Origin: Candidatus Omnitrophota bacterium
Lineage (GTDB): Bacteria; Omnitrophota; Gorgyraeia; Gygaellales; Profunditerraquicolaceae
Direction: 5' to 3'
DNA length: 64,000 nucleotides
NCBI GenBank assembly: GCA_026387355.1
Contig: JAPLLW010000016.1
Location: forward strand, 6,240 to 70,239
The notes beneath the pieces are model-generated. The model was not told the DNA's origin. It saw only the letters and a list, made by a program, of their open reading frames with translations, and did not search any database. Position numbers and translations under genes: made by a program. Below are positions 1 to 12,236 of the stretch, one piece after another. Numbering within the stretch: the first letter of the stretch is position 1; every line of letters starts with the position of its first letter.

Positions 1-2
1 CG

Positions 3-341
3 ATTCCAGGAACACCAAAAACATGTTATATCTTTGCGTGACTTACCTTGCAATATGTCTATTTTTTCAATATGATAATCTATTCCTAGATTTTTAAAAT
101 GCTCCGCCAATAACTTGGGATGATGGCAAGGATATCCCATATCCACATGCACAGCCAGAAGCTCATATTTAATCGGCACAAATTTCCTACGCTCATTAAG
201 TATCTGCAGTAAAGTCAAACTGTCTTTACCGCCGGATATAGCAACAAGCACCTTATCGCCATCGGTAAGCATATCATAATCCATGATTGCTTTTCCTACG
301 CGTTTAGAGATATAAAATCCTGGGCCTCGTAAAGTTGACAT
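3..341 (-). CDS. ttcA: tRNA 2-thiocytidine biosynthesis TtcA-family PP-loop ATPase (3' end outside window)
   Basis: Not in the ORF track. Manual translation from ATG at 341: MSTLRGPGFYISKRVGKAIMDYDMLTDGDKVLVAISGGKDSLTLL...CFWCSWNR, with the SGGKDS PP-loop and a CxxC motif. Confidence 0.85.
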   Translation of the reverse strand, partial: MSTLRGPGFYISKRVGKAIMDYDMLTDGDKVLVAISGGKDSLTLLQILNERRKFVPIKYELLAVHVDMGYPCHHPKLLAEHFKNLGIDYHIEKIDILQGKSRKDITCFWCSWN

Positions 342-364
342 AATTATACTTGGGGGCACCTCTG

Positions 365-398
365 GAAATAGGGTCAGAATTAATTCTGACCCTATTTC
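365..398. repeat. Perfect 34-bp palindrome (REP-like)
   Basis: GAAATAGGGTCAGAATT|AATTCTGACCCTATTTC; core GGGTCAGAATTA/TAATTCTGACCC shared with the inverted repeat at 23419-23486. Confidence 0.85.
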
Positions 399-1766
399 TC
401 AGGTGTCCTCTAGGGAGAGGATGAAGGCGTCGACTATTTCAGCGTCAAACTGCTTATGCCTGTTTTCTTTTAATCTACGCATAGCTTCTTCTTTACCAAA
501 AGATTTACGATAGGATCTGTCTGAAGTCATTGCATCATAAGCATCAGACACGGTGACAATCGCAACTAACTTAGAGATTTTTTCTGCGGACAAACCATTT
601 GGATAACCCTGCCCATCCTGCCGTTCATGATGACCGCTTACGATAGATAGGCCCGGCCTTAAGAATTCGATAAACTTTAATATATCTGCTCCAACTTGAG
701 GATGCATCTTCATTATCTTCCATTCATCACTGGTCAGCGGCCCGGGCTTAGTAAGTATACTCTCGGGAACGCCGATCTTCCCTATGTCATGCAATATGCA
801 AGCTTCCTGCAAAAGGAGTATATCTGATTTTGAGAAATTCAAATATTCTGCCACGCCAACTGCATATTGGGCTACTCTTTCAGAATGCCCTTTGGTATAA
901 GGATCTTTAGCTTCAATTGCCCCCGCCAAGGCATGTATGGTATCGAGATAATATTTCTCAAGCTTAATGCGCGAGGCCTTAAGCTCATCAGTCATCTTGT
1001 TAAAAGCTTCAGCTAATTCTTCCAGCTCATCATTAGTCTCTAAGTTTACTTTCTTACTTAAATCTCCTCGACCAACCTCTCTAGCCCCTTGAGTAAGAAC
1101 ATGCAGCGGCTTAGTTATCCCCCGAGCCATTAACAATCCTATAAGCAGCGAAAAAATTAGGCCGACAAGGAAAACAAAGATGAACCTTTTAGCAAGCAAT
1201 AATTGCATCTTTTCTATAGATTCAGCCTTGACATCAAGAGCAATTATGGCTACAGCTTTACCTTGAGAATTATATAGCGGAGCGTATCCTGAAAGAAAGA
1301 GTCCCCATTTATCTCGGGTGATCTTCTTATCCACTGCTGGCTGCTGAAAAGCAAGCTTCATCTCAGGAAACTTCGAAACATCGTAATACTCTCCACAATA
1401 AGCACTTATCTTACGCTTATCTCCTGAATCAACTAAAAATATCCAGGAATATTCTTTATCGGATTTAATCATTATATACACGCTATCAATAAGCAAATCT
1501 GTTTTTCTTATTTCTCTTAAAACATCGCGGGTCTGAGCATATAATTCTGTACCCTGGCTGGATAACTCCGGCCTTATCTGTACCATTTTATTAACGTCAA
1601 TAAGCATAGCGGAGATCTTTGCCAAGCCTAATATCCTATCCCGCAGTTCTGACTCCTGACGCATAATCGAAACTTTATACACAAGATAGGTAGTAGCAGT
1701 TAAAGCAATAAAAGTTACCAACAAAAAAGCAATGATAAATTTAACTCTAAAACTTATAAACTTCAT
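399..1766 (-). CDS. Membrane-anchored HAMP + HD-GYP phosphodiesterase with periplasmic sensor domain
   Basis: Two TM segments flanking a Cache-like region, HAMP (ITKPLHVL...DELEELAEAFNKM), HD-GYP motifs GHSERV, HDIGK, HHERQDGQGYP. Confidence 0.9.
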   Translation of the reverse strand: MKFISFRVKFIIAFLLVTFIALTATTYLVYKVSIMRQESELRDRILGLAKISAMLIDVNKMVQIRPELSSQGTELYAQTRDVLREIRKTDLLIDSVYIMIKSDKEYSWIFLVDSGDKRKISAYCGEYYDVSKFPEMKLAFQQPAVDKKITRDKWGLFLSGYAPLYNSQGKAVAIIALDVKAESIEKMQLLLAKRFIFVFLVGLIFSLLIGLLMARGITKPLHVLTQGAREVGRGDLSKKVNLETNDELEELAEAFNKMTDELKASRIKLEKYYLDTIHALAGAIEAKDPYTKGHSERVAQYAVGVAEYLNFSKSDILLLQEACILHDIGKIGVPESILTKPGPLTSDEWKIMKMHPQVGADILKFIEFLRPGLSIVSGHHERQDGQGYPNGLSAEKISKLVAIVTVSDAYDAMTSDRSYRKSFGKEEAMRRLKENRHKQFDAEIVDAFILSLEDT

Positions 1767-3583
1767 TAATCTGCTCCTTCCCTTCCTGAAGATTTAGCCA
1801 TATCGCGTATTGTTTTATTAATTTTATGATTCCTCAACTCCTCGATAGAAAGCGGTATAAGCAAAGACCAATTCTTATCGCTGATTGTCCCGGGGGTATT
1901 AATTCTATATTCATAAGCATCATTTTTAAGGATATCTCCTAAATAAAGAAGATCAAAGATAGTATTAATGGCAAAAAGAGAGCCTGCCTCAAGATTCAAC
2001 CTTAAAGCAGCCTGTAAAACTAAGCTATCACTCTTTTCGCGCATCGGCCCACTTAGCGCTAACTGCTTCCAGAGCTTTTCCTTCTCATGGTAGGTATTCT
2101 CATATAAATCTACCAAATCTGTCAGGTGCTCTCTAGGTATAGGTCCATCGATAGAGAGGACCCTTACTAACTTCTCGACTGAATCAACCTCTTCTCTCCA
2201 ACGCATTCTTCCGTGCAAGGAGCGGCTTAAATCGAATAATTTATCCTTTACTCTCTCAAAACCTATATTGCGATGATCCGAACACTTGCGCATAAATAAA
2301 GCCTCATCGACTGTTCCTGCTTCGTTCTCCCACCAGGCCGGCCAATTGGTAGTATCATGAGTAGAAAGCATCGCCACTGAAAGCTTGCGATAATCCGAAG
2401 GCTTCAAGAAATCATGCGCGGTTTTCCAGTCCTTTACCCAACGGCCAACGTCATTACCGGGAATATTTAAATCTTTTAAAGTCTGGGTGCAAGAATTGGG
2501 TATCACCCCTAAATCTTCAGCGCACAAGAACATATCTGTACTTTCAAGCATAACCTCTAAGATCTCTTTGCCGTGTTTACCCCAGACGGATTCATCTGCC
2601 GGATCAAAAAAACCATTTAAGCCCTGATTCTCCAAGGGCTCATTATAAGGAATGCTCCAGATACGGAATAACCCCACTACATGATCAATCCTTAAAACAT
2701 CATAGAAATTCTGGGCATACCTTAACTTTTCCCTTAAATATTTATATCCGTCCTGCTTAATTACCTCCCAATTATATGTAGGCATACCCCAACGCTGTCC
2801 TAGAGCTGCATACATATCGGGTGGTGCGCCTGCGGCAAACTCTAACTTAAAAAAATTAACATGCGCCCAGACATCAGCGCTATCCCGGGATACTAATATA
2901 GGTAGGTCTCCTTTTATAAATACATTCTTAGCCCGAGCATAATCTCGCACTCCCCTAAACTGCTCGAATAGTTGCCACTGAAGCCAAGCCTCGAAATTAA
3001 TTTCTTTTGAATATTTCTTACAGAAATCTTCAAGCGCTTTTCTATCTCGCTCTCTAAACTCTTGCGGCCAATCATACCAAGCTGCCCCCCTGTGCACCTG
3101 CTTGATTACTTTAAATAAAGAGAAATCTCTTAACCAATAAGCATTCTCTTCTTTAAAACTGCGTAAACCTTGCGGCTCAATTACATCTTGAAGTAAGAAT
3201 ATCTCCCATAGAAGACGCAACTTTTCAACTTTAATCGAATAATTCAGAAAAGCTTTCCCTTTCTGCAACCCCTTACGTAGATTCTCAATCTGCCTTTTCA
3301 GGGACTTGTCTTTTGGAAGAGGTAAATCAAGGAAAGAGATGTAGGCGGGCTCTAAAGCAAAAGAGCTCGAGGAGTCATACGGACAATCTTGCCCCCCCAT
3401 TTCATTCATTGGAAGAAGCTGCAGCAAAGAATTACTGTTTTCGCAAATCCAATCTACCAACAGTTTTAAATCACTAAAGTCGCCTATGCCAAAACTATTT
3501 TTTGAATATACAGAAAAGAGCGGGACTAGTACCCCCACCCTTTTCTTGGAGAGAAAAGCTGCGCGCGAAAGAAGTTGTGCCAT
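1766..3583 (-). CDS. malQ: 4-alpha-glucanotransferase (amylomaltase, GH77)
   Basis: GVLVPLFS, GIGDF, LQLLP, GAPPD, GQRWGMP, RIDHVVG, AEDLG, STHD, INTPGT...NW motifs. Confidence 0.92.
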   Translation of the reverse strand: MAQLLSRAAFLSKKRVGVLVPLFSVYSKNSFGIGDFSDLKLLVDWICENSNSLLQLLPMNEMGGQDCPYDSSSSFALEPAYISFLDLPLPKDKSLKRQIENLRKGLQKGKAFLNYSIKVEKLRLLWEIFLLQDVIEPQGLRSFKEENAYWLRDFSLFKVIKQVHRGAAWYDWPQEFRERDRKALEDFCKKYSKEINFEAWLQWQLFEQFRGVRDYARAKNVFIKGDLPILVSRDSADVWAHVNFFKLEFAAGAPPDMYAALGQRWGMPTYNWEVIKQDGYKYLREKLRYAQNFYDVLRIDHVVGLFRIWSIPYNEPLENQGLNGFFDPADESVWGKHGKEILEVMLESTDMFLCAEDLGVIPNSCTQTLKDLNIPGNDVGRWVKDWKTAHDFLKPSDYRKLSVAMLSTHDTTNWPAWWENEAGTVDEALFMRKCSDHRNIGFERVKDKLFDLSRSLHGRMRWREEVDSVEKLVRVLSIDGPIPREHLTDLVDLYENTYHEKEKLWKQLALSGPMREKSDSLVLQAALRLNLEAGSLFAINTIFDLLYLGDILKNDAYEYRINTPGTISDKNWSLLIPLSIEELRNHKINKTIRDMAKSSGREGAD

Positions 3584-3592
3584 CTTTTACAA

Positions 3593-4399
3593 TTAGGGGA
3601 TAAAGAAACGTAATATCTTATCAAACCAGAATACGGAAATTAACGCAGCCATTGAAAGAAACGGCCCATAGGGAATAGTATGATCTTTTTTAGTAACTAA
3701 GTTGACTATCCCGACTGCAGCGCCAAAAAATGGGGCAATAAAGAAAGTGAGTAGCGCCCCCTGCCAGCCCAAGAATGCGCCGATCATCGCTAATAACTTT
3801 ACATCCCCTCCTCCCATAGATTCAGTCTCACCCTGAATAGGAGGTTTTTTAAGTATCTTAAAATAGATCTGATCAAATATCCAACCCGTAAGAAAAATAA
3901 CTCCTCCTCCGACAAAGATTCCCAGGAGAGAATTTAGCATAGGTTTAAAATTAAAGGCGAATGGATTGATATATACCCCTCTGATAGTACTTAATATCAG
4001 ACCGACAATCATTCCACCCACAGAAATTTCATCAGGGATAATTCTATGCGGTATATCAATAAAAGTAGCAATAATCAGGCCGCAGGCCAGAACAAAATAA
4101 AAGAAAAAGTTGTAACTTAAACCGTAGCGCACAAAGAATGCCAGAAATAACAGAGCTGTGATTAACTCCACAAGAGGATAACGTAAAGAAATCCTGTCTT
4201 TACAGATCCGGCACCTTCCTTTTAAAAGAATAAAGCTTATAAACGGTATATTATCGTAGCCCGGGATTCTCTTTTTGCATTTAGGGCAATGAGAGCGCGG
4301 CCAGACTACTGATTCAGATTTAGGCATGCGATGGATGCACACGTTTAAGAAACTACCGACTACAGAACCAAAAATAAATACAATTATATTTGCAATCAC
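3593..4399 (-). CDS. pilD: Prepilin peptidase / N-methyltransferase (A24)
   Basis: GSFLNVCIHRMP, RSHCPKC...RCRIC zinc motifs, MGGGDVKL, IPYGPFL. Confidence 0.93.
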   Translation of the reverse strand: MIANIIVFIFGSVVGSFLNVCIHRMPKSESVVWPRSHCPKCKKRIPGYDNIPFISFILLKGRCRICKDRISLRYPLVELITALLFLAFFVRYGLSYNFFFYFVLACGLIIATFIDIPHRIIPDEISVGGMIVGLILSTIRGVYINPFAFNFKPMLNSLLGIFVGGGVIFLTGWIFDQIYFKILKKPPIQGETESMGGGDVKLLAMIGAFLGWQGALLTFFIAPFFGAAVGIVNLVTKKDHTIPYGPFLSMAALISVFWFDKILRFFIP

Positions 4400-5268
4400 A
4401 ATCTCCTCCTTTTACGCACTTTTGCTGCTTTAAGGCTTGCTTTTTCCAAAACCTTGCGCATTAAATCTATCGGTACTTTCTTAGGTGATATCCAAAGACT
4501 CAATGCCTCTACCCCCTGATAAAGCAACATCCCCAAACCATTTGAACAGGCTAACCCATTCTCTCTAGCTAGTTTTAATAACTTTGTCTCAGAAGGATTA
4601 TAGATTAAATCGTACACAAATAAATCTTTATGTAATAACGCAGAATTCAATAAAAGCGGATCGTCGGGCTTCATGCCTACCGGAGAAGCATTAATTAAAA
4701 GATCCTTATCTTCTAAATTAAGCTCACTTATACTCCCGGCAGCCATAAACTGCATCTCGGGGAAAATCTGGTTAAATCTTTGCATTAGAGAAAGCGAACG
4801 AAAATTATCGACATCGTAAATAGCAACAAACTCTGTCTTCATCTTCCCAAAAGCAAAACATAGCGCCTTAGCCGCCCCGCCTGCGCCAATTAGGGCAACT
4901 CTTTTGGGTTTTATTTTTAACTCCTTGAGATGTTGAATGAACCCGAGATAATCCGTATTAAAAAACTTAACCTTGTCTTTTTTATCGATTACCAGAGTAT
5001 TAGCAGCACCGATTGCATTTACTGCTTCGGTCTTATAGCCAGAGATATACTTCAGAATCTTTTCTTTATAAGGTATGGTAATATTAAGTCCGTGTATATT
5101 CTTTTTCTTAATATTCGATAAGAAAACCCAGAGGTCTTTTTCTTTTAACGGGAAGAGCTTATAGCTGGCTTTTAATTTAAGTGCGGATAGAGCAGCATTA
5201 TGCATTAATGGCGAGAGGCTATGATGAATAGGTTCTCCTATTAATCCGTAAACACAAACCTTCTTCAT
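4396..5268 (-). CDS. aroE: Shikimate dehydrogenase
   Basis: GEPIHHSLSPLMHN, NITIPYK, NTDYLGF, GAGGAA, YDLIYNP, GLGMLLYQG. Confidence 0.93.
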   Translation of the reverse strand: MKKVCVYGLIGEPIHHSLSPLMHNAALSALKLKASYKLFPLKEKDLWVFLSNIKKKNIHGLNITIPYKEKILKYISGYKTEAVNAIGAANTLVIDKKDKVKFFNTDYLGFIQHLKELKIKPKRVALIGAGGAAKALCFAFGKMKTEFVAIYDVDNFRSLSLMQRFNQIFPEMQFMAAGSISELNLEDKDLLINASPVGMKPDDPLLLNSALLHKDLFVYDLIYNPSETKLLKLARENGLACSNGLGMLLYQGVEALSLWISPKKVPIDLMRKVLEKASLKAAKVRKRRRL

Positions 5269-6773
5269 TTATCCCCTGCCCTGTTTGCTGCATCCAGATA
5301 GGCCCTGATTGCAGCTTCAATGATATCCGTGCTTGCGCCCCTGCCGCTAAAAATAGCATCTCCTATCTTAAGCTTTAAACCAACCTGTCCTAATGCGTCT
5401 TTACCGGAAGTAACCGCTTCTAGATGAAAATCCTCTAATTTTGCTTTAAAGCCGGTGATTTTATCTATGGCTTTAAAACATGCATCTACCGGGCCATCGC
5501 CGGAAGATACACCTGAAACTTTTTTGCCTTTTTTAATCAACTCAACCTCGGCCTTAGGCTTAATAGCTGTGCCGGAAGTGACTTCAAAACTTCCTAATTG
5601 CCAAAGCGGCTTTGATACGCGCAACTCATCCTCAACCAGGATACGCAAATCATCGTCAAAGACCTCTTTTTTCTTATCGGCAACTTCTTTGAAACGGATA
5701 AAGGCTTTATTTAATTGATCATCATCTAGATGAAATCCCAGCGCTTTTAATCTATCGCGAAAGGCGTGTCTTCCGGAATGCTTTCCCATAATAAGCCGAC
5801 TATCAGAGATTCCCACGTCATGCGGATTCATAATCTCATATGTAGTCTTATTCTTTAATACCGCATCTTGATGAATACCGGATTCATGAGCAAAGGCGTT
5901 TCTGCCGACAATGGCTTTATTCGGAGGGACAACGAAATTTGTAAGATTACTCACCAGGCGCGAAGTGCGATATATCTCTTTAGTATTTATATCCAGATAA
6001 AAATTACTGAATACGTCTTTGCGTGTCTTAATTGCCATAACAATCTCTTCCAGAGATGCGTTTCCTGCGCGCTCACCAATTCCATTAATAGTACAATGCA
6101 CCTGCCTTGCTCCGGCTAAAACCGCAGAGAGTGAGTTAGCAACTGCCATACCCAAGTCATCATGGCAGTGGATAGCGATAACTGCTTTATTGATATTTGG
6201 AACACTTGCTTTTATATCGCTTATTAAAGAGAAGACCTCCTGAGGATAGCTGTAGCCGACGGTATCGGGAATGTTAATAGTCTTAGCCCCCTCTTCAATC
6301 GCCGCCTCAATCACCCTAAATAAAAATGAGCGCTCTGAGCGCGTAGCATCCTCAGGCGAGAACTCAATATCATCACAAAGTCTTCTAGCTAATTTAACGG
6401 CCTGTCTGGCCAATATAAGAATTTCGTCTTCTGCCTTCTTGAACTTATATTCCAGATGGATCTTAGAGGTAGCCAAAAATAGATGCAAGCGCGGATGCTT
6501 TGCGTTTTTGAGAGAGCTCGCTGCAGCTTCAATATCCTGCTTTAAACAACGCGCCAAGCCGCAAATAGCACTTTTCTTAATATTCTTCGATATTTCGGCT
6601 ACTGCCTTAAAATCTCCCGGTGAGGCAATAGGAAAACCTGCCTCAATAACATCTACTCCAAGCTTTTCGAGTTGAAAAGCAATTTCAAGTTTCTGCTGCG
6701 CAGTTAATGAGGCACCGGGGGCTTGCTCTCCATCACGAAGTGTTGTATCAAAAATAATTAATTTCTCTGCCAT
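5265..6773 (-). CDS. leuA: 2-isopropylmalate synthase
   Basis: [33 protein letters not shown] and the C-terminal regulatory domain. Confidence 0.95.
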   Translation of the reverse strand: MAEKLIIFDTTLRDGEQAPGASLTAQQKLEIAFQLEKLGVDVIEAGFPIASPGDFKAVAEISKNIKKSAICGLARCLKQDIEAAASSLKNAKHPRLHLFLATSKIHLEYKFKKAEDEILILARQAVKLARRLCDDIEFSPEDATRSERSFLFRVIEAAIEEGAKTINIPDTVGYSYPQEVFSLISDIKASVPNINKAVIAIHCHDDLGMAVANSLSAVLAGARQVHCTINGIGERAGNASLEEIVMAIKTRKDVFSNFYLDINTKEIYRTSRLVSNLTNFVVPPNKAIVGRNAFAHESGIHQDAVLKNKTTYEIMNPHDVGISDSRLIMGKHSGRHAFRDRLKALGFHLDDDQLNKAFIRFKEVADKKKEVFDDDLRILVEDELRVSKPLWQLGSFEVTSGTAIKPKAEVELIKKGKKVSGVSSGDGPVDACFKAIDKITGFKAKLEDFHLEAVTSGKDALGQVGLKLKIGDAIFSGRGASTDIIEAAIRAYLDAANRAGDK

Positions 6774-6776
6774 AGT

Positions 6777-7412
6777 TTATTTTATTTCAAGTGAATTAAC
6801 AGCCTTCTCAAACTTAGCTACGTTATTATTAAAATTATCTACCTTATCAGTACAAGTAAGCGTATAGCCTAACTTATCCTTTATAAAAAGATAGACTGAG
6901 GACTTCATGCGAATTTCAAGATAGCCTCTGACCATCGTACCCTCATAGACGAAGTGGGCAGCGTCTTTACCACTTAGCTTAATCATTTTAGGATCTACTA
7001 AAACCTTAATGTCTTTAAACATCGTCTTGATATTCATTAAAGAAGCATTTGCATAGTCCATTGCATTGTCAATATAGCTACCGGAGAGCGGCTCAGTAAC
7101 TAATGCGACGTTTGGATTATATTCAATAGGCGAGCCAAACTGATATTGCGAAAACATAACCAGGACCCCGACTCTTTTAATTGCTTCCTTCAATGATTCC
7201 GTACTCGTAAGATCTGCTATCCCCTTAGCTAATGCCTGTTGCACCTTGTCTCCCGGAGTAATAAACCAACTATCCGGACAATTAATTTTTACCCCCATCT
7301 CAACATTTTCATAAGATAAAGGTGCTTCATCTTTTGCTTGGACAAAAGTTGGTCCGAGCGCTAAACAAAGAACTAAGCTAAAAACAAATATCTTGGCTCT
7401 ATTAAATAACAT
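6777..7412 (-). CDS. Exported protein of unknown function, possibly PsbP/DcrB-like fold
   Basis: Signal peptide ending VQA; INCPDSW; NPNVALVTE; C-terminal FEKAVNSLEI pattern typical of PsbP-like proteins. Confidence 0.55.
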   Translation of the reverse strand: MLFNRAKIFVFSLVLCLALGPTFVQAKDEAPLSYENVEMGVKINCPDSWFITPGDKVQQALAKGIADLTSTESLKEAIKRVGVLVMFSQYQFGSPIEYNPNVALVTEPLSGSYIDNAMDYANASLMNIKTMFKDIKVLVDPKMIKLSGKDAAHFVYEGTMVRGYLEIRMKSSVYLFIKDKLGYTLTCTDKVDNFNNNVAKFEKAVNSLEIK

Positions 7413-7426
7413 AATACACCGCCTTT

Positions 7427-8419
7427 CTATTTTTTCATCCAGGGCATCATCTCTCTTAACTGCTTGCCCACTTTTTCAATTAAATGATTATCACCTTCAG
7501 AAATAAGTTTATTGAAATTCGGCCGGCCATCAACATTCTCCTTAATCCACTCTTTAGCAAACTTTCCTGACTTTATTTCTTTTAAAATCTTCTGCATCTC
7601 CTTGCGCGTCTTAGCCGTAATGATTCTTGGCCCACGGGTTAAATCACCATAACAAGCTGTATTCGATACACCTCTACGCATCCCGGATATACCGCGCTCT
7701 TGAATTAAATCAGTGATTAGTTTTAACTCATGTAGAACTTCAAAATAAGCAATCTCCGGCTGGTATCCTGCGTCAATTAAAGTATCAAAGCCTGCTTTAA
7801 TTAACTCGGTTACTCCTCCGCAGAGAACTGCCTGTTCGCCAAAAAGATCGGTTTCGGTCTCCTCTTCAAAAGTCGTCTCAATTACGCCAGCGGTAGTAGC
7901 TTTAATTGCCTTGGCATAAGCAAGCGCTAAATCCTTTGCCTGGCCAGATGCATCCTGGTAAACAGCGATAAGCGACGGCACTCCCTTGCCCTCTTCATAC
8001 ATCTTTCTCACTAATGCCCCTGGTCCTTTAGGCGCAACCATAAATACATCCACATTCTTTGGAGGCTTAATCTGTTTAAAACGGATATTAAAACCATGCG
8101 AAAAGCAGAGGGCCTTGCCTTTTTTTAGGTTCGGTTTTATCGCTTCAAGATAGACTTTAGCCTGCACATGATCCTGAGTTAAAATCTGAATAATATCGGC
8201 TGCCTTTGCTGCTTCAACAGCACTAACCGGGATAAAACCATCACTCTTGGCTAATTCATAATTAGGAGTACCAGACATTTCCGATACAACCACATGCATC
8301 CCGGAATCTCTTAAGCATAGCGATTGACCGCGACCCTGTATTCCATAACCGATTATTGCAATGGTCTTATTCTTTAGTAGACTTAAATCTGCATCCTTAT
8401 CATAATAAATCTTTGCCAT
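7427..8419 (-). CDS. ilvC: Ketol-acid reductoisomerase
   Basis: [12 protein letters not shown] start (ATG at 8419 after a GGAG SD), [24 protein letters not shown]. Confidence 0.96.
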   Translation of the reverse strand: MAKIYYDKDADLSLLKNKTIAIIGYGIQGRGQSLCLRDSGMHVVVSEMSGTPNYELAKSDGFIPVSAVEAAKAADIIQILTQDHVQAKVYLEAIKPNLKKGKALCFSHGFNIRFKQIKPPKNVDVFMVAPKGPGALVRKMYEEGKGVPSLIAVYQDASGQAKDLALAYAKAIKATTAGVIETTFEEETETDLFGEQAVLCGGVTELIKAGFDTLIDAGYQPEIAYFEVLHELKLITDLIQERGISGMRRGVSNTACYGDLTRGPRIITAKTRKEMQKILKEIKSGKFAKEWIKENVDGRPNFNKLISEGDNHLIEKVGKQLREMMPWMKK

Positions 8420-8436
8420 TTCAAAGCTCCTCTCCA

Positions 8437-8913
8437 TTATTTACTGATTGCCAATTTACCTGTCTTAACTAATTCCTTTACGCCAAATTTGCTCAATTCT
8501 TCAAGCAAGGATTTTATCTGCTCCCCATCCCCCACCGCCTCAATAATCGCAAAATCATCTTTAAGATGAATAATCTTTCCTACATATTTACTAAAAATCA
8601 ATCCCAACTTCTCCTTGTCTTTTTGAGTATAATTTATCTTTGCCAGAATTAATTCCCGGTCAATATGCTCTTTTTTAGTAAAATCGGTTACTGTGATTAC
8701 GTCGATTAATTTATTCAGCTGTTTGTTGATTTGTTCCAAAATCTTTTCATCTTGAGCCTCCACCACAATAGTCATGTACGAAATTGTGGGATCCAGAGTC
8801 TCAGAAACCGCTAAAGATGCTATATTGTACCCACGCGCACTAAATAAACCTGCTACGCGAGCTAGTACTCCGAATTTATTCTCAACTAGAACCGAAATTG
8901 TATGTTTCATCAA
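8437..8913 (-). CDS. ilvN: Acetolactate synthase small subunit
   Basis: [36 protein letters not shown] domain; lies between ilvB and ilvC. Confidence 0.95.
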   Translation of the reverse strand: MMKHTISVLVENKFGVLARVAGLFSARGYNIASLAVSETLDPTISYMTIVVEAQDEKILEQINKQLNKLIDVITVTDFTKKEHIDRELILAKINYTQKDKEKLGLIFSKYVGKIIHLKDDFAIIEAVGDGEQIKSLLEELSKFGVKELVKTGKLAISK

Positions 8914-10577
8914 GCTATCCCATCAATCATATTGTTAATTGCCTGTCCGGCAGGAACCATGGGCCAGACATTCTCCTCTGGTTCAATAATAAATTCTACA
9001 AACACCGTTTTATCTGTTTTTATAGCCTTTTGCAAGGCTTTGCGTACATCATTTTTCTTTGTAACCCTTATCCCCACTGCCCCGTAACTTTGAGCAAGTT
9101 TAACAAAATCCGGGCTGGTAATAGGAGTATAAGAATAACGTTTTTTATAGAATAGCTCCTGCCACTGCCTAACCATCCCTAAAAATCCATTGTTAAAAAT
9201 CAAGACTTTCACGTTAATCTTATTTGCCACACAAGTAGCTAGCTCCTGGATGTTCATCTGAATTGAACCGTCGCCTGCAATATTAAAAACTTCCTTCCCG
9301 GGAACGCCGATTTTTGCTCCCATGGCAGCAGGAAATCCAAACCCCATCGTCCCCAAGCCTCCGCTTGAAATCCATGACCGAGGCTCTAGGTGATTATACC
9401 ACTGACATGCCCACATCTGGCTCTGCCCCACCTCAGTACAGATTATTGCATCGCCTTTAGTCAAATCCCAAAGCTGCTCTAATATATACTGCGGCTTAAG
9501 CAATTTACCGGTGCCCTTATAAGTTAAAGGGTGCTTTCTCTTCCATGCATCAATAGTCTTAAGCCATAAAGAAGTATCCGAAACGTTCTTTATCTCTTTA
9601 AGCAGCTCTCCAATAATATTCTTTGCATCACCGACTATCGGTATATCCACCCGAATATTCTTGCTAATTGATGACGGATCTATGTCAATATGAATTACTT
9701 TTGCATACGGGGCAAAATGATCAAGCCTGCCAGTTACCCGATCATCAAAGCGTGCGCCCACAGCAATAATCAAATCCGCTTCCATTGTTGCGTGATTTGC
9801 ATATGCAGTCCCATGCATGCCAAGCATACCCAGGGATAATTTATGCGTGCCCGGGAATCCCCCCAACCCCATAAATGTAGTAGTTACCGGAGCCTTAATC
9901 ATTTCTGCCAACTTCCTTAAAACTAGATTAGCCCCCGAGGTAATTACTCCACCGCCTGCATAAATAATCGGCTTCTTAGCCTGAGATATTAACTTTGCTG
10001 CTTTTTTAATCTGTCCTGGATGCCCAAAATAAGTAGGCTGGTAACTACGTATATTTATGCTTTCCGGCCAGATAAAATCTGTCTCTGCCCGTTGAACATC
10101 AACAGGTATATCAATAAGCACAGGACCAGGCCTACCACTAGATGCAATATAGAAAGCTTCGGCAATAGTGCGCGCCAAATCCTTAACATCTTTAACCAGA
10201 AAATTATGTTTGGTAATAGAGCGGGTGATCCCGGTTACATCTGCCTCCTGAAAAGCATCATTTCCTATTAAATGTGTACCTACCTGCCCAGTTATGGCAA
10301 CCATGGGTATAGAATCCATATAGGCATTAGCAATACCGGTAACTAAATTCGTTGCACCGGGACCAGAGGTAGCAAGGCATACTCCGACTTTACCTGTTGC
10401 GCGGGCATAACCATCAGCAGCGTGAGCTGCCCCCTGCTCATGACGGGTTAGAATAAACTTGATTTTAAAATCATAAAGCGCATCAAATATTGGCAGCACC
10501 GAACCACCGGGATAGCCAAAGATGACTTCCACCCCTTCGCGCTTTAATGATTCCAATAATATTTGTGAACCCTTCAT
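8910..10577 (-). CDS. ilvB: Acetolactate synthase large subunit
   Basis: [37 protein letters not shown] ThDP-binding motif. Confidence 0.96.
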   Translation of the reverse strand: MKGSQILLESLKREGVEVIFGYPGGSVLPIFDALYDFKIKFILTRHEQGAAHAADGYARATGKVGVCLATSGPGATNLVTGIANAYMDSIPMVAITGQVGTHLIGNDAFQEADVTGITRSITKHNFLVKDVKDLARTIAEAFYIASSGRPGPVLIDIPVDVQRAETDFIWPESINIRSYQPTYFGHPGQIKKAAKLISQAKKPIIYAGGGVITSGANLVLRKLAEMIKAPVTTTFMGLGGFPGTHKLSLGMLGMHGTAYANHATMEADLIIAVGARFDDRVTGRLDHFAPYAKVIHIDIDPSSISKNIRVDIPIVGDAKNIIGELLKEIKNVSDTSLWLKTIDAWKRKHPLTYKGTGKLLKPQYILEQLWDLTKGDAIICTEVGQSQMWACQWYNHLEPRSWISSGGLGTMGFGFPAAMGAKIGVPGKEVFNIAGDGSIQMNIQELATCVANKINVKVLIFNNGFLGMVRQWQELFYKKRYSYTPITSPDFVKLAQSYGAVGIRVTKKNDVRKALQKAIKTDKTVFVEFIIEPEENVWPMVPAGQAINNMIDGIA

Positions 10578-12226
10578 CTTAAAACCGCACCTTTATCTGC
10601 AGAACTCACCTGCTTTAAATATCTAGAGAGATAACCAGTTTTAATCTTTGGGCTAACCGGCCTCCATCTTTTTAATCTTTTTTCAATATCCTGCTTACTT
10701 AGTTTCACTTCTAATTTTCTGTTAGGGATATCGATTGTAATTATATCGCCATCTTTTAGGATTGCGATCGGCCCTCCTGCTGAAGCCTCCGGAGATATAT
10801 GGCCGATACAAGGGCCTTTTGTCCCGCCTGAAAAACGACCGTCAGTAATTAAGGCTACGCAGTCCGCTAAACCCAAACCTACAATTGCAGCAGTAGGAGC
10901 AAGCATCTCGCGCATCCCGGGACCACCCGATGGGCCCTCATAACGGATGACTACGCAATCTCCCTTTTTAATTTTATTATTCATGATCGCCTGCATTGCC
11001 TCTTCTTCGCGGTTAAAAACCTTGGCCTTTCCGGTAAATTTCATCATCTTTTCGCTTACCCCGGACTGCTTAACTACCGCACCATTAGGAGCAAGATTTC
11101 CATATAAAACAGCGATCCCTCCCTGCTTATGGTAGGCTTTATTTAATGGCCGGATCACATCTTCATCTGATATACTTGCTTTATCGGCAATTTCGAAAGT
11201 CTTTTCTCCGCTAACATTCAAAACATTATTCAACTTTGATTTCAATCTTTTTAAAACCGCAGGGATTCCTCCGGCGTACTCTAAGTCCTCCATAAAATGC
11301 GTCCCTGACGGCTCTAAGCTTGTTATGTGCGGGGTATTCTTACTAATCTTATCAAAGGTTTTTAAATCTAAATCGATTCCCGCCTCATGTGCAATAGCCA
11401 TAAGATGTAAGACAGTATTACTTGAGCCGCCTAAAGCCATATCTACGACAATGGCATTTTCTAAAGACTTTTTGGTAACAATATCGCGTGGCTTAATATT
11501 TTTATTTATTAATTCCACAATGCGCTCGCCACTAGCCTGGGCAATTCTGCGTTTCTTAGCCGAGATAGCCAGTGCTGTTCCACAGCCCGGAATAGACATC
11601 CCCATAGTCTCAGTAAGACAGGCCATGGTATTAGCAGTATACAGACCTTGGCATGAACCTTGGCCGGGGCAGGCCTCCATCTCTAAACAGGATAATTCCT
11701 GCATAGAGATATCGCCTTTTCTTGCACGCCCCATACCTTCATAGGTATCATGCACAAAAGCTAATTTTCTTTTATTGAAACGTCCGGAAATCATCGGGCC
11801 TGCGGTTACGATAATTGCAGGGATATTTAATCTGGTAACACCCATAAGCATTCCAGGAGTAATCTTATCGCAATTAGTCAAACAGATGATTCCGTCTAAT
11901 TGATGCGCATTGCAAACTGTTTCGATAGTATCTGCGACAATCTCGCGTAAGGCCATAGGATAGCACATACCTAAATGCCCCATGGCAATACCGTCGCAAA
12001 TCCCGGGTACTCCAAAAATAAACGGCACACCCTGCCCATAACAGATACCCCGCTCGATAAAGCGCTCTAAATCGCGCATTCCGATATGGCCGGGAATAAG
12101 ATCAGTGAAAGATGAAGCGATGCCGATAAAAGGTCTGTTTAAATCTTTTTTAGATAAACCCGTAGCATGCAAAAGAGCGCGATGCGGAACTCTCTCTAAA
12201 CCTTTTTTGATCGTATCTGAACGCAT
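10574..12226 (-). CDS. ilvD: Dihydroxy-acid dehydratase
   Basis: [34 protein letters not shown]. Confidence 0.96.
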   Translation of the reverse strand: MRSDTIKKGLERVPHRALLHATGLSKKDLNRPFIGIASSFTDLIPGHIGMRDLERFIERGICYGQGVPFIFGVPGICDGIAMGHLGMCYPMALREIVADTIETVCNAHQLDGIICLTNCDKITPGMLMGVTRLNIPAIIVTAGPMISGRFNKRKLAFVHDTYEGMGRARKGDISMQELSCLEMEACPGQGSCQGLYTANTMACLTETMGMSIPGCGTALAISAKKRRIAQASGERIVELINKNIKPRDIVTKKSLENAIVVDMALGGSSNTVLHLMAIAHEAGIDLDLKTFDKISKNTPHITSLEPSGTHFMEDLEYAGGIPAVLKRLKSKLNNVLNVSGEKTFEIADKASISDEDVIRPLNKAYHKQGGIAVLYGNLAPNGAVVKQSGVSEKMMKFTGKAKVFNREEEAMQAIMNNKIKKGDCVVIRYEGPSGGPGMREMLAPTAAIVGLGLADCVALITDGRFSGGTKGPCIGHISPEASAGGPIAILKDGDIITIDIPNRKLEVKLSKQDIEKRLKRWRPVSPKIKTGYLSRYLKQVSSADKGAVLR

Positions 12227-12236
12227 ATATTCTCCT

